Below, piece after piece: positions 1 through 13,272 of a DNA stretch of 64,000 bases (position 1 is its first letter; the number at the start of each line of letters is the position of its first letter). The notes beneath the pieces are model-generated. The model had not been told where the DNA came from. It did not search any database and saw only the letters and a list, made by a program, of their open reading frames with translations. This stretch comes from Ginglymostoma cirratum (lineage: Eukaryota): the NCBI GenBank assembly GCA_024137785.1, contig JAHRHZ010000058.1, positions 20,872,534-20,936,533 on the forward strand, read 5' to 3'. A program made the position numbers and the translations under genes.

Positions 1-14
1 AAACAGGAGCGGTC

Positions 15-445
15 TATGTACACATTCTTTTAACTCAACAAAATGCTGTGCGCAGACCTGGTCATTACAATATAATAAGAATGTGACTGCACTAGAGAGA
101 GTGCAGAGGAAATATTCCATAAGCCGCCTGGGTCAGAGAACGTGAACTATGAAGAAAGATTGGATTGGGCTGTGGTTATTTTCCTCGGAGTAGTAAAGTT
201 TGAGAATGGGAACCTGATACAGGTATGTAAGATTTTGAGGGGGACACAGTTAGTGTGGATAGGAAGGCACTTTTTCCATTAGTTCATTGGTCAATAACCA
301 AGGAGCACAGATTTTAGGCATTTAAGCTGCATATAGATATTCACTTAGGAGAACTTGAAAATGGGATTAATGAAGTCAGCCCTTTGTTGACCGGTATAGA
401 CACTGTGTGCTGAATGACCTCCTGCGCTGTAAATGTGACTCTATA
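15..445 (+). mobile_element. CR1-type LINE 3' fragment, decayed
   Basis: Typical CR1 ORF2 end (ctagagagagtgcagagg...ctgatacaggtatgtaagattttgagggg) and tail (gctgaatgacctcct..ctgtaaat..gactctat). Confidence 0.7.
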
Positions 446-454
446 AATAGATAG

Positions 455-725
455 CAGCTGTTCTTTGGCTCATTGGTCAAGCATTTGTACTTGGTAAACC
501 TTTTTGTTTTAAAGTTAACCAGAGATTGGCACTTAATTGTTGTTCATCATTTGTTTGGGCATTCATCGCCTCAGTGCCTTTGGTTGACAAATGCATTTTG
601 ATTAACAATCAGGACTCCTCTTGTTCTCCCTTACTTTGGTGTTTCTTGCAATTTGTCCTGATGAGTTCAAGATGAAAAGTCTCAATAAAATCTATTTTTT
701 TTCAGCAGTACTCAAGTTCAGTATT
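455..725 (+). mobile_element. Penelope-like element end with degenerate hammerhead-like motif (652-689)
   Basis: tttgtc-CTGATGA-gttcaagat-GAAA-agtctc-aataaaa, followed by a T-rich end. Confidence 0.5.
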
Positions 726-949
726 ACCAAATGATGAATTTAGATATGTTCAAATTGGGATGATGTTGGATTTGGGGTTGGAACTTAAGTAATTATATTT
801 CTGTGACATTTTGAGATTTTATGCTTTTTTTGATAGTGGAGAAAAGGAGAGATCGGTGTTGCAATGAGGTTGATAATTTGCTGCAGTGAATCCTTTAAAT
901 AGTATTTGCTGTGAGTATACTATAACGGTGATGGAAGAATGAATATTAA

Positions 950-1205
950 TACAAAAGAATACAGTACAGCATGGGAACAGACCGTCGGTGCAAGCCTGCA
1001 CCAATTCCTAGGCCTTATTTTGACACGCTACTGTCTGTCTGTCTGTTGTGTTTGTCGTGTCTGTCCCTCTGCTTGCCTCCAGTTCATGTCTATCAAGGTA
1101 CTCCTTAAACGTTGCTGGTTTGCCTGCTTCCACCACCTCCACTGGCAGTGCATTCCCGGCACCACCCACCCTCTGTCTGGAAACATTTTCCTTGCACTTC
1201 TCCAA
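950..1205 (-). mobile_element. CR1-type LINE 3' tail fragment
   Basis: The minus strand reads ...NALPVEVVEAGKPATFKEYLDRH, the typical CR1 ORF2 C-terminus. Confidence 0.7.
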
Positions 1206-1399
1206 GTCTGCCATCAGGAGTACAAATCAAGTGTTTGCTCTGAACAGGATAGTATTGAATTGCTTAAGTGTTGTAGCTTCATCTGTCCAGAGACTGGTGG
1301 TTATTCTATCGTGCTCGTGGGTTGAGCCCTCCAGACACTATAAAGGCTTTGAAGGTCGAAGAGGTACAACATTCATTACAAATTGACAATCCTCAGCCC

Positions 1400-2120
1400 T
1401 TCTGTTATAAGCACGTTATTGCTATGGCCAACTCAGCTAAGCTCCTAGTCTCCACTGTGATGTTGCTGATAAGGGAGCTGAGCACTGGCTGTATGATTTT
1501 TGGGCTTTCTTCTGTTCGAGATGGCCATTATTTGAAGTGAATGTGCTACGTGTCAGCTGCAGTGTGGATGTTGACCAAGTCCTGTTATCAGTGAGCAAGG
1601 GCTGTTTCATTATCAAAGGAGTTGTGAATGGAGCTTAGCACTGGAATTTTCAGTGAACAATCACATTTCTGCCTTTACAATTGTGGAAAAATCATTGAAC
1701 AGTTGGGGATAAGCCAAGGATGTTGCTTTGAATTCCTGTTGTGATATTCTAAGGTGGTAGTGATTGTTTTCTGGCAACCACAATGATCCTCTTTTTGACA
1801 GATGTGATACAAACTGTCAGTGGGACTTCCTTCAGCACCCGTTGACTTAATTTTTTTTACTTGGCTTTGGTTGAATATAGTTTTGATCTTGAGGACAGCT
1901 TCCCCAGCTTCTCTGTCATTCAGCTCTGACATCTAATCCGAGAGTTCTGAAGTAAATGGCTCATTCTGAACTTGGTGTGCGTGTGGAGCAAGTTATTGGT
2001 GATTATTATCATTGTATTATTTAGGAGGAGTCTGATAATTGGTCAAGTTAGAATTGGCTTGGTTTTTTGTGTTCTGCAGGTCTCCTGCATCACAATCAGG
2101 ACATTGTCAGATTCCGCAAT
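1400..2120 (-). mobile_element. Highly decayed CR1/L2-clade LINE RT fragment
   Basis: Resembles the antisense of the GVPQGS/FADD region (ggagttgtgaatggagc...cagtgaacaatcacatttctgcc...tcattgaacag); no intact ORF. Confidence 0.45.
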
Positions 2121-3392
2121 CTTTGATATTTAAATGACGTAGTAATTGTTGTTAATTAACAAGAATAACCATTAAACATGCTTCATAATTGAACCTTATT
2201 GGATTTCAGGAACCCATGTAATGATCTTTTCCCTCTGTTTCCTCATTGAATATTCCCATTCCAAGGCAGCCTCTTTTCTTTGCTACCACAAGACAAAGTC
2301 ACTTTCAGTCTTATCGCCTCCCACTTTGTCACTTTCTATTCTCCCTGAAGGCCTAAACTGGAGCATTCTCTTCCTCTTTAGACAATTAATTAGTATTGCA
2401 AGATAAGATTGGAAAGTGCTGTTTTGGTCCATGTCACTAGCTCCAGTGTTCAAAACTAAGAGTTGTTAAGTTGTTTTAGCTGTGAGCACCAGACACTCAA
2501 CATGATAATCTCATGCCTAAACCCCAACAACCCTCCTTTTAATGTGAGAAAATGCACCCTTCTAGAGTAGTCTAAACACAATGCAACTTTACAAAATGTG
2601 AAGTTATTTGCCTGTGCAATACAAATAGTCTGCACAGTTTGAATCCGATAAGTGCTAATGTTTGACCTATTCAGTACTTTGGGTCTGAATTAGTCTAAGT
2701 TTTTGTCCCATTGGCAGGGACTGGGGGAAGTTTGATTACTTTTAAAGAAGTACAAAACGTTTGAATATTTTTGCATTGATCCTAGATAGTCCAGAAAGTA
2801 AATCGACTGCACTTCCTTCTATTTTAATATCCATCAAAATATTAAGAAGTAAAGATATTCTTGTGTAGGAGCAGCTTGAAAATTAGCCATTGGGAAATCT
2901 AGGTGCTGAAACAGATTATCATACTTTGATCTACTGCTAAAACTGATTTCAATATTGGGATCCCACTGTAGATTCCAATTCAGTATTAAATTGTTAAGTT
3001 CACTCAGGCTGCTAAAATATAGAAGAGGGTAAAAATATAACAAACCAGTAAGGGTAAGCTTGATTTAACATTGGAACAGAGGTACATTTTGGGCAGAGTA
3101 GAGGATTTACTATGCATGTATTGTTGCAGTGATTAGAATTGTTTGCTGTTGAAATGAGGTTCCTGAAATGGGCATTTCATTTTCTAACACTGTAAGTAAG
3201 AACTTAAAATAAAAAAGGTTGCTTAAAATGCTGCTGAATTGCTGCACAATATTGATGCATTGTACTCTGACCTCAAATCTTTTCCTCTCAGTAAAAATTC
3301 AGCGTTTGAGTTTTTTCTAAATAAAATCAGTCCAACTCAATTAGCATTGATTCCACGGTGACTGTCTAAACCTATTTAAATCCATTGCTTAG

Positions 3393-3463
3393 GAGAGCAG
3401 TGGAAGATGCAGTGGAGCCCGAGCTGCAAGGAATAACAGTTTATGTTGCTCAGGACTGTACAG
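3393..3463 (+). CDS. ATG4C: ATG4C coding exon (first in window, 71 nt): RAVEDAVEPELQGITVYVAQDCT
   Basis: Acceptor ttgcttAG|G at 3392/3393 and donor AG|GTGAGT at 3463/3464. The peptide matches the ATG4 'YVAQDCTVY' motif, and the phase (2 in, 1 out) fits the next exon. Too short for the ORF track. Confidence 0.93.
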
Positions 3464-4212
3464 GTGAGTGACACGGTATGGTAATGGAAAAAACTGACTG
3501 GGCATCTTGCCCAGTTCTGCCAGGCATATGAAATTGATGATGCCAGGCAATGCTTAACATTACTGAACATAACTCATGTTTGATGCATTAAGTCAGTGCT
3601 TCTCTGTTCTACAAGAGAGTAATTTAATTTTTTTTTAATGCTTTCACTTAAAAATGAAGATCAAGGGGCTTATGACCACCCATATATTTACTGATGTTTC
3701 TACAGTGTCCATTGTTTTGTAAGCTAGAACATCCATTTTTCGTTAGTATAAAAGTCAAAAATGAAGGAGCTATTCAGCAGGCCAATCAGCATCAGCTTAG
3801 TTGGAACCATACAGCTGGAGAGCTTCTTCAAGTTCGTTTGAAACAAAAAGGGGGAATGAGGAAGACTAAATGTAGCAATACATGTAATCAGCTGTACGTT
3901 TATAAATTCATGAATAGTATTTACAAATCAGAAACACAGTGTAAGGGCTGTTTGTTTACAAGTACCAACTAACCAGGCATGAAAGGCTTAAGAAAAACAG
4001 CAGCCTTGGTTTCGAACCTAATCCACCTGGTAAGAACAAAATGATCTGGCCGGATCCCCAATTTACACCTAGCTCAGTGTTTTGACTTCTTTGGAGCATG
4101 TAATCAGATGTTGTTTAAATTGGGTTTACTACTTAAACACTTTTGCTGATAAGGGTAGAAACATTGTTTAAAGAGGATGTGAGTTCTGTTTTTATATCAA
4201 TGCTAATTTAAA

Positions 4213-4548
4213 TGGTAATGACAATGTCATTGGACCAGAACTCCAGAGCACCAGGCTAAATATTCTGGGGAAGCAGGTTTGAATCCTACCTTGGCAGATG
4301 ATGAAAGTTGAGCTCAATAAAAACTGGTCTAATGTTGACCGTACAAGCCCCGTCAACTGTCATAAAAGAAAATCTAGTTCACTGATGTCCTTTAGGGAGG
4401 GAAACCTGCTGCTCTTATTTGATCTGGCCTACATCTGACTGCAGACCATATCAACATGATCGATTCTTAACTATCTTCTGGAGAAATAAGGATAGGCTGT
4501 AAATGCTGGTTTATCCACTGATGCCCTCACCCATGAACCAGTAAAATA
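4213..4548 (+). mobile_element. tRNA-derived SINE (family A; other copies at 25546-25912 + and 33650-33992 -)
   Basis: B-box-like ggtttgaatcc, shared core 'ttcactgatgtcctttagggagggaaacctgc...ctggcctacat.tgact.cagacc' and LINE-like tail 'taaatgctgg'. Confidence 0.75.
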
Positions 4549-5500
4549 ATTTGTATTTTACCTGGCTGTTTAAAAGTAATTGGCTTTGCCTTTTCATAAT
4601 AATTTAAAAAATGCATTTTTATTCAGTGTTTTTATTGCTTTTTTGTACTCTAGAATGACTTGGAATGGAATGGAATGTAGTATGTCATCCTATATGTTAT
4701 ATGAAACTAATATTTTAAAGTTGCTCATTTTGTAAGATGTATGAATGGGACTGTTAGCATTCGTTACAATTCTTCATGTTATAAATTCTTTCTAAAACGT
4801 TAAAGATGTTGTTAATACACTAGGCCATATTTCTTAAATCCAGGTTCAAATGCATCTGAGAAGGTGTAGAAGTCTACCTCTTTTATTGTGAAGTATCTTT
4901 GGTGGTGAAGTCTCAACTTGGACCCACAGTATAAAACTAGCTTTTATTTAGCAGTGGTTGACACTAAAATTGGCAATGCCACTTGGGCTACAAGATGGTT
5001 AGTGTGACAAAAGAGCTTGAGTGCACAGGGGTAGCCTAGCATACACTTTATTTGGACATAATTTTATGAATTGTACTTGTATTTATTATTTCAAAGCAAT
5101 AAAACAATTTTTTACAGTCTCAGAAATCTGATACTGCCATTTGGTTGTAAAGGAAAAACCGGAGTCTGAAGTCAGTGACTAAGTAAAATATGTTCCTTTC
5201 ATTAATGAGACACCTAGGTGAAAGGCCAAGAGCCATTGTGAAGGACATGATTGTGATTGTAAAGGCTGAAAAAAAGTTGTGAAATAAATGTAGGCACTAA
5301 GCTTGAGATCTAAAGCTTGAAGTATGTCAGACTAAAAATGATGACGGTTTCAGTGTCTAGAGAGAGAATAAGTTGGAACAGAAGATGACACTGAATGTTT
5401 TGGATTCAATAAATCCAGGGAAAAGGAAGGACAAATTGGAAAATATATTTGGCACTTTGGAAGAACAGAACTATGATTAAAACATTACTATCTTTTTCAG

Positions 5501-5646
5501 TTTATATTGCTGATGTAATAGAAAAACATTTGCAAGTTATTGGATCAGGAGTACCAAAATCATCAGACAGGACAGCTGTTGTTATCCTAATACCAGTGAG
5601 ACTTGGAGGGGAAAAGGTCAACCTTGAGTACAAAGAGATTGTAAAG
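5501..5646 (+). CDS. ATG4C: ATG4C coding exon (146 nt): (V)YIADVIEKHLQVIGSGVPKSSDRTAVVILIPVRLGGEKVNLEYKEIVK
   Basis: tctttttcAG acceptor and AAG|GTAATG donor. Contains the ATG4 'ILxPVRLGG' motif and lies within ORF 5449..5817. Confidence 0.95.
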
Positions 5647-7899
5647 GTAATGGTGTTTAATATTACTTCAGCATCTGAGATATTTATTGTGTTTGTAAGT
5701 CCTTTTCTCACCTTGAATTTGAATTCTTCCACTTTTCAACAAGAGTCACGTAAGATCACCAATGATGAGGATTTAAAAGGGCAAGTTCACTGTCCGCAAT
5801 GCTTGATTTTGGTTTAAGATAGAGTGGTGATTGAGACACTGTAATAAACCTTCGAACTCTTGACCAAAGAGGGGTAGCCAACTTCCTGCTGTTCCTCCAG
5901 TAACTTCTGCTGTGTAGTTTATGTATCTAATGAAACAAGAGTCATCTTGATTGTAGCACCCTCCATGGTTTCATAACTTGTTTGGCAATGACATTAGCTC
6001 TCGTGTAAATATAGCATAATACCATAATTCCCATTTGAGTAAGACACTGGAGGAAGATTGGTGCTGAAAAAAAGAGTGCATCAAATTTATCAGCTGATGG
6101 GTTTGTTAGGTGGATATGGTAAGGGGGCAAATAGCCTACTAGACTATCTTTATTTAGAAGTATACAGATTGATGGAAGTCGACAGTTGGAATACCAGTAA
6201 ATCTAAGCATAATACTTGAACTTCTAATCTTCACACTTTTTGAATTCAGTTAGTCTGGTTATTGTAACACATTGTGTCGTTTTATTGAAGCAACTGTATC
6301 CAAACCAAGGGATTTTGGGAAAAATTTATAATTGCTCACATGTACAAATGCATGCTCCCATTGACCAGATTAGTATCCAGCTATTTCGTGGACAATTGTT
6401 AAATTTATTTATTGTCAGCAAAGACTTTGGTTTCATTTAATTTATCTATTAAAAATTGATCTATTAATCTATAGATTCTGGGTTTCTCTCAAGTTGCAAA
6501 GCCACTCCATTAAAATCACATTCAGGCAAAATCATTCTTCCAGGCCTGCTGGCCGTGAGGCAAATGAGTGAGTTGTATATGGTGGCAGTAGGGCTGACAC
6601 ATTATCTGAATAATGTAAACAAGGCCCAAAGTTCAGGTTCCGGCTGACCTCAGACCTGCAAGTTTGGCCTCATGCTGTCTGCACCTGGTTAGAGCGCAAA
6701 TTAGATATAATGAATTCCCAGGACGTTGATTCCTTGATGGGCAGCAGTTCCATAGTAGAAGGTGATTTCACTATCTTGGCTAGTTGACTGTTGCTTATAT
6801 GCAACTGTGGTTTAAATGCAAAGTGAATTATTACCAGTTCTGTCCTCCATTTCAATGCACCCACGTTTCAACAGATTTTTTAATAAAATTGAGAAAGGCA
6901 AACTCCTTAGCTCTCTAATTCTAGACAATTTATAATGCAACTTTTCGGCTGAGTTTAACTAAATTAGCAGGCACTAGGAATTGAATCTAGGGCTTTCCAT
7001 TTTTCGACTCAGCTGCTTGATTATCCAGCTGAGCTGTACAAGAGTGAGTTTCTGCTTATTTTGTATTTTCACTGAAATTAGTTGTAACATTTTCAAAAGC
7101 ATTAAAGCACATTGAATGGCCCTATAAAAATGTTGTCCTCCCTTTGTGTTAAAAGCCTCCTGAGCCATACAATAAATTACTTTTCCTTTGGCCTTGAATT
7201 TATCCACATGATGAACTTTTATTGTACTTCACTTAACATATGAAAAGTGTGCTAACTAAGCATGCTTAACTGGACAGGCAGTAAATACCTTGAATATTTC
7301 TAGGGTCAAGGCCACTTTGTCATTTAAAAAGTACACTGTTTTTATGTTCATTATAGAGAATTGTCTATAAATGTAAGTCAAGGCTAACAGCTGTTTAACA
7401 TTTGTGTTTTTGTGGTCAGTGAGAAAAATTTGATTTGAGTATTTATAAGCCTTGAGGTGTCTTAAAAATGCTACTGAAAACAAATTGAGGCTTCCTAATT
7501 TTCATGAAAGGTAATTGAATTTTCCACAATGCTAATGACCAGTATGGATCAACAAAATCCCAGATTCCTAAAGTAGCTAGTTTCTGTTAGACTGCTGGTA
7601 TTGCTCCCTGGTGAGAGGGAAAACATTAGCCAGAGTTCCCGCTCCTGATGTTATCCAGTTATTGTCACTTGCAGGGTCGGGGGAGACAATCTCTGTATAT
7701 TTGAATACATACAAATTAGGAGCAAAAATAGGCCATATAGCTCTGTAGAATCAGGGCATGATACTGGTGCCTTCTGCATAACGTGCCAACTATCCAGGAA
7801 CAGGAATAGTAAATATCAAAGTAAGTACAGTACAGTTCAGTGCAATCCTTCAGCATAACTCAAAATGTAACAACTCTTCCTGGAAAAAAGGCAGAGAAA

Positions 7900-9445
7900 A
7901 GTATATAAAACTGACATTAGAGCTCCTTTAAATATATAAAAAGGAAGAGTGAGGTCAAAGTGACCATAAGACCCCTTAGAAAATGAATCTGGGGAGATAG
8001 TTATGGAGAACAAGGAAATGGCAGAGGAGTTAAACAGACATTTTGCAATGGTCTTTGTGGTGGGAAGGTACTTTGATCATCCCATTAATTCTGAAGAATG
8101 CAGGGGACGAATTAAGCATCATCACCATAACTAGAGAAGTATTATTAGTCAAATGAATAGGGCTAGAGGCAGATGAGTCGTTTGGTCCTGATGACTTGCA
8201 TCCAAGGATCCAAAAGGTGACATTAGATGCATTGGTTGTAATTTTCCAAAAATCCTTGGATTCTGGTGAAGTAGTGGAGGATTTGAAAACTGCCAAAGTG
8301 ACACCCCTATTCAAAGAGAGAGGGAGATTAAAAAGTGGGTAAATATAGGTCAAAGAGCCTGACATCTATTTTTGAAAAAAAATTTTGGAATCAATTACTA
8401 AGGAAGTAATAACAAATTTAGAATATCATAATCGGCAGAAGCATGGCTTCATGAAAGGGAAATGATGTCTTGACTAATTTATTAAAGTTTTTGAGAAAGA
8501 CTCAACCAGTGAGTAGAGGACAACCAGAATATGTGTTGTATTTGGACTCCAATAAGATGTTCGACAGGTACCTCCAGAAAAGGTTAAATCATAAGAGGCT
8601 ATGGTATTGGAGGTAACATATTAACAAGGATTTAGAATTGGCTAATGGGCAGAAAACAGCTGGATAAGGGGTTGTATTACACATTGGCAAACTATGGGGT
8701 TCCACATGAATCAGTGGTGGGACCGCAACTGTTTACAATATGTGTCAACTATTTGGAGGAAGGGAGTGTATGTACTGTAGCCATATTTGCAGACAACTCA
8801 ATAGGTGGAAAGACAAGTTGCAAAGGGGACACAAACAGTTTACAGAGAGATAATAATAGGTTAAGTAAATGGGCAAATAGTTGGCAACTGGAATATGATG
8901 TGGGAAAATGTCAAATTGTTTACTTTGGAAGAGAGAACAAAAGAACAGAATATTATTTAAATTGAGAAAAGCTGCAGAAACTGCAACATAAAAGGACTTT
9001 GGGATTCTTGCGCAGAAAGCGAGCACAGAGCTGCTTCAGGCAATCAGGAAGTCTAATGGAATATTGGCCCTTATTTTAACGAGGTTGCAGTATAAGATTC
9101 GGGAATTATTATTGCAACTGTGCAAGCTGCTGGTGAGACCACATCCGGAGTGGTGAGCAGTTTTGGTCCCCTTATTTAAAGAAAGATATTGTTTCGTCGG
9201 TGTCAGTTCCAAGAAGATTCGCTAGGTTGATCGCTGTTACGGAGGGACTGTCTTATGATCACAGGCTAAACAAGTTGGAACTCTACTCACAAGTTTTTGA
9301 AGAATGAGAGGTGATTTCATTGAAACATATAAAATTTTTAAGGTGCTTGACAGAGTAAATGCTGAGAGGATGTTTCCTCTTATGTGAGAATCTAGGACCA
9401 GAGCGAATAGTCGCAGAAGAAAGTGGCATTGATTTAAAACTTAAT
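7900..9445 (+). mobile_element. CR1 LINE ORF2 (reverse transcriptase) remnant
   Basis: Degenerate RT motifs GVPHESVVGPQLFTICVN, IFADN and LQRD..RLSKWANSWQLEYDVGKC (ORF 8645..8965), with frameshifts and stops. Confidence 0.9.
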
Positions 9446-10036
9446 GCTCCACAAAAACCGAGTACAGTTAGGACAGGTCAAAGAGCTTTTTTGAGAATGA
9501 AAACTAACAACAAGTTGTACTCATGATCCAGCAGGCTTGGGATCAGACCTTTGCCAAACCAGAGAATTTGCCAGATTATGGGAGGTCACCAGTCCAAAAC
9601 ACCATCCTGGGCTTCTGGCTGGTACCATCGATTCACAATGAGACTAAACCCCAACATTTGGTCTGGCCGTCTGCTCTTTCTGACTGCTTTAGCTATTGAT
9701 ATTCTGGAAGAGGATGAGGTGGTGCTGAAGAAAAACAACATCATGGACATGCTTCAGCACACCAACACCTTCTGGTGGAATTCTGAGAGTGGTGGAGGAA
9801 GGGATCTAACCAGGACCCTTAATTAGTATATCCAGTGTGTAACTAGTAGTAAACTGCATCAGTGACTAGCATTTAATCACTTGATAGGAGGTGTTGACTT
9901 TTTTAAATGAACTTCAGAATTGAACAGTAGAGAATGATTGTGGGTGTGTCTTTAACCAGATGTATTCTAGATGCCAGATTAGAGGTTGCCCTACTTAAGA
10001 GTGCTAAATAAGCAGGGATACAACTTGCACTGTAGA

Positions 10037-10165
10037 TTAAAAGCAGAAGATGCTAGAAAACTGATATAAAAATAGAAAGTCATGGAGAAACTCAGCAGAT
10101 CTGCTGGCAGCCGAGGAGAGAGAAGCAGTTAACATTTCAAGTCTGATACAGGTCTATTTCAGATT
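10037..10165 (-). mobile_element. Degenerate Penelope-like terminal fragment
   Basis: Similar to the PLE ends at 18697-18800 and 40322-40427 (gagaaactcagcagatctg...gagagaagcagttaacatttc...ttcaga). Confidence 0.6.
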
Positions 10166-10169
10166 GCAG

Positions 10170-11810
10170 CCTATAAAGTGACCCCTTTTTCTCAGCACCA
10201 GAATATACTGGGCATATAAGTCAAACTTTTAACCTCTTGAACTACGAAGTAGCTTTAGCAGTTTGCCTAAATTTTTCACTCCAGGAATACTTGACTTCTA
10301 CTGAGAGTCAGGAAATGGAATAGAGAAACCAGAAGGTCTGTGTTGCAAAAAAGATGCACAGAAGTTTGAGACATAGAGTAGGCCACATGTGACAAACAGA
10401 ATGGGTCCTCCAACAAAACTAATGAAGTATGAAGCTGTTGCAGCAAGAAAACTTGGTTTTAGGAATAAACAGACGCAAGAAGAGGAAAAGAATTTATTGG
10501 AAAGAAGATGTCCAAGACTCATTTTTCCATTAGAATATTGACCAGCCATTGGCCTGAGCATTACTCGCTGTATCTAAATGGATTCTTGAAAATAGGCAAA
10601 ATCGTTATATCATCTCTTGAAATCCAGTGCATTATAATGCGTTTAAGTGGGCTGAATCAAACCCCGAGTCGACTAAAAATTTCAGGCCAACAGCTATTTG
10701 GTGTGGTCCGTTTAAGGAGCAAGGCAGTCATGTGTTGCAGCAGACATATGTCAAAAGACCTCAGTGTCAAAATGACCAATTTCCAGTGATCCATTGTTAA
10801 ACAATAGCCAAAGCCTAAGGACCCATTAAGTTACATTGGAAAAATGGATGAAACACCCGAGAATTTTGATATGTGAAGTGAAAATTTTGCAAACAACTCC
10901 AATGTAAGTGACTGGACATGAGAAGGCAAATTTGCTGTGGCTCTCCGTGCGTGGCTGACTAGTGCAAAGCCATATTGAACGTCAGGTTCCCTGCAGGAGT
11001 TTTTGTACGTGTCCATGACAATGATTGGATGGATGGGATGGAGATAATGTGTGGATAAGGCATCCAAGGGAATATACTTTACTGGTACAGAGGATATTAA
11101 GATCCCATCTAACCAATAAGATCAAGAGGTATCTGCAAGAAATAACGCCCACATTGCAGTTACACCACAGGTGTCGAGGGTCTGTATTCAGTCTTTGGAT
11201 GTGTGCCTCAACAATCCATTCAAGGATTAAGTTCCCAATGAATTAAATAGTTGGATGCTTGACAGAGACAAAACTTCACAAAGCGTGGAAATGTGTGTGC
11301 TGCACTGCTTAAAGTTGTGTGGACTCGCTAACAAATTGTATAATGTTATTACTGTACCGAGTGCCATCAGATAATTCAAAATGTGTGGAATATCCAATTG
11401 AATGAATGATGAGGAAGATGACGACTGGTTGTGGAGGGACGACCCTACGTAATACAAGTTCCAATTCTGATCCCGAGTAGGATTCTTTCTTTGATGCTAT
11501 AGCTAAATTGACTCAGAATGATACAGCTTGTTTTACAATTTTTGATTTCATGATACAGCTTGTTTTACAATTTTTGATTTCATTGAAGACATTAGAAATA
11601 AAAATCAGATGTGAAATGGAATTGCATCAGAAACCAAAGGCCATTAATTTCCCAGGTTTAAAGCACTTGATTGTGGTTAAGGTATTTGTGTATAATTAAT
11701 TAATGTAATAATCCTGTCACTTAAATTTAATGTGAATTTCAAAATGGTGACCACCCTCCTCCGCATTGGTAGTTTGCATTTTATATTGGTATATAAGTTG
11801 ACCCTTTTTT
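10170..11810 (+). mobile_element. Decayed pogo-family (POGK-like) Tc1/mariner DNA transposon
   Basis: Broken-frame DDD transposase motifs: IGKMDETPENFDM (~10835), NVWIRHPRE..LLV..RSHLTNKIKR (~11045-11130), IQSLDVCLNNPFKD (~11186) and FKMCGISN*MNDEEDDDWLW (~11375). Subterminal 'tataagt(c/t)gaccc'-like motifs at ~10171, ~10215 and ~11792. Confidence 0.8.
11518..11583. repeat. Perfect 32-bp tandem duplication (atgatacagcttgttttacaatttttgatttc x2)
   Basis: Read directly from the sequence. Confidence 0.95.
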
Positions 11811-11814
11811 AAAC

Positions 11815-13272
11815 CATATCCATGATAAAGTGAAATCAGTAGATCTCATATTCAAATTTCAAAAAGATATTCAATAAGGTGTATCCAAAATGGTTAATGC
11901 ATAAGACTTGGGTTCAAGGAGTTGGGATGGATAGAGGATTGGTCAGCAGATGGGAAATAGAGAGTAGGGCAAGTGAGCTGTTTTCAATGCTGTAGCTGGT
12001 GGATTGTTGCAAGGTTTAATGGTGGGGTCTCTGCTATTCACAATCCATATTAGTGACTTAAATGAAAAGACTGAGAGTAATATATCTAATTTTGATGACA
12101 CTGTAAAGCTAGTTGGGAATGCAAACAGTGGTGAGGCCACCGAGATTCTTCAAAATGATATAAACAGATTTAGTTCTGAAGAAAGGTCACTGAACCCAAA
12201 AAGTTATTCTGCTTTCTGTCCACAGATGTTGCCAGACTTCCTGTGTTTTTCCAGCAATTTCTGTTTTTGTTTCTGATTTCCAGCATTTCCAGTTTTTTTT
12301 TCAGCAGGTTTATTGATTGGGCACCAAGGTGAAATGTGAGATTATTCACTTTGGGTTTTGTGTCTGGAAAGCCAGAATATGTTTTTAAAGGCATTAAACT
12401 TGTAAATGTTCATGTTCGGAGACTACTTATACAAGGAGTACAAAAGCTTGCATGTATAACAAGTATTTGGGAGATGAAATAGCTTGTTTGCCTTCATAGT
12501 GAGGGAACTAGAGTACAAGAAAAAAAGACATCTTGCTACAATTGTATGGAGCTTTCGTGAGCCCACATCTAGAATACTGTGTGAAGTTGTAATGAAGAAA
12601 GTGCTCGCATTAGAGACAGTACGTCAAAAGGTTTGCTAGAGTGGTCCTGCAGGTGAGGGTTGTCACGTGGGTAAGGCTGAGTACATTGTTTCTATATTCT
12701 TTGTAGTTTAGAAGAATGCGTGGTAATCTCATTGTATTATGATCAAGATTATGATGGACTTCCAAGACAAAACGCTGAGATGGTTTCCCTTGCTCCAAGG
12801 GTTGATGTGGACTTGTTGGGCCGAAGGGCCTATTTCTACGCTGTAGGGATTCTATGATTCAGACCGAGGAATGTAGAACATCGGGACAAATTTCAGAATA
12901 GGGACCTAAGCTAAGGGGACTGAGATGAGGAGAAATCCCTACAGAGAGTTTTTAACAGTGTGGAGCAGACCCTTCAGCCCAACTTGTCTGCATCAGTCAT
13001 TAAACATTCATCTGTTTTAATCCCATTTTTCAGCACTTGACCTAGACGCCAGCAATTCTTCACTTGAAGGATTGTGTGACTTGGGATTCTCTACCCAGGG
13101 GGTTGCAGATATACCACTGAAACTGAAAGATTTTTGGTGTCTTTGGGACTTGAGATATGGGGAACAGGTGGGAAAGTGAAGTTGAAGCTGAAGATGAGCT
13201 GAGATCATATTGAATGATGGAACAGGCACAACAGACCATGTGGTCTTCCTCTGCTCCTATTACTTACGTCCT
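11815..13272 (+). mobile_element. CR1 LINE 3' half, decayed, interrupted by three younger inserts
   Basis: RT motifs LQGLMVGSLLFTIHISDL..ISNFDDTVKL.G and a CR1 tail at ~13200-13272. Inserts at 12172-12300, ~12799-12860 and ~12955-13052. Confidence 0.85.
12172..12300 (+). mobile_element. Solo Penelope-like terminal repeat nested in CR1
   Basis: agttCTGAAGAaaggtcactgaaccc[a]AAAagtta...ccacagatgttgccagac; reverse-complement homologue of 40322-40427. Confidence 0.8.

Noticed and set aside
1-3392. Upstream ATG4C exon with the catalytic Cys (GWGC motif)
   Set aside because: Not found; it presumably lies 5' of the window.
5449-5817. ORF treated as a single-exon gene
   Set aside because: Only 5501-5646 is exonic; the rest is intron read-through. 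The same applies to 17409..17645.
11518-11583. CRISPR-like 32-bp repeats
   Set aside because: Two adjacent copies with no spacer in a eukaryotic intron; a simple tandem duplication.
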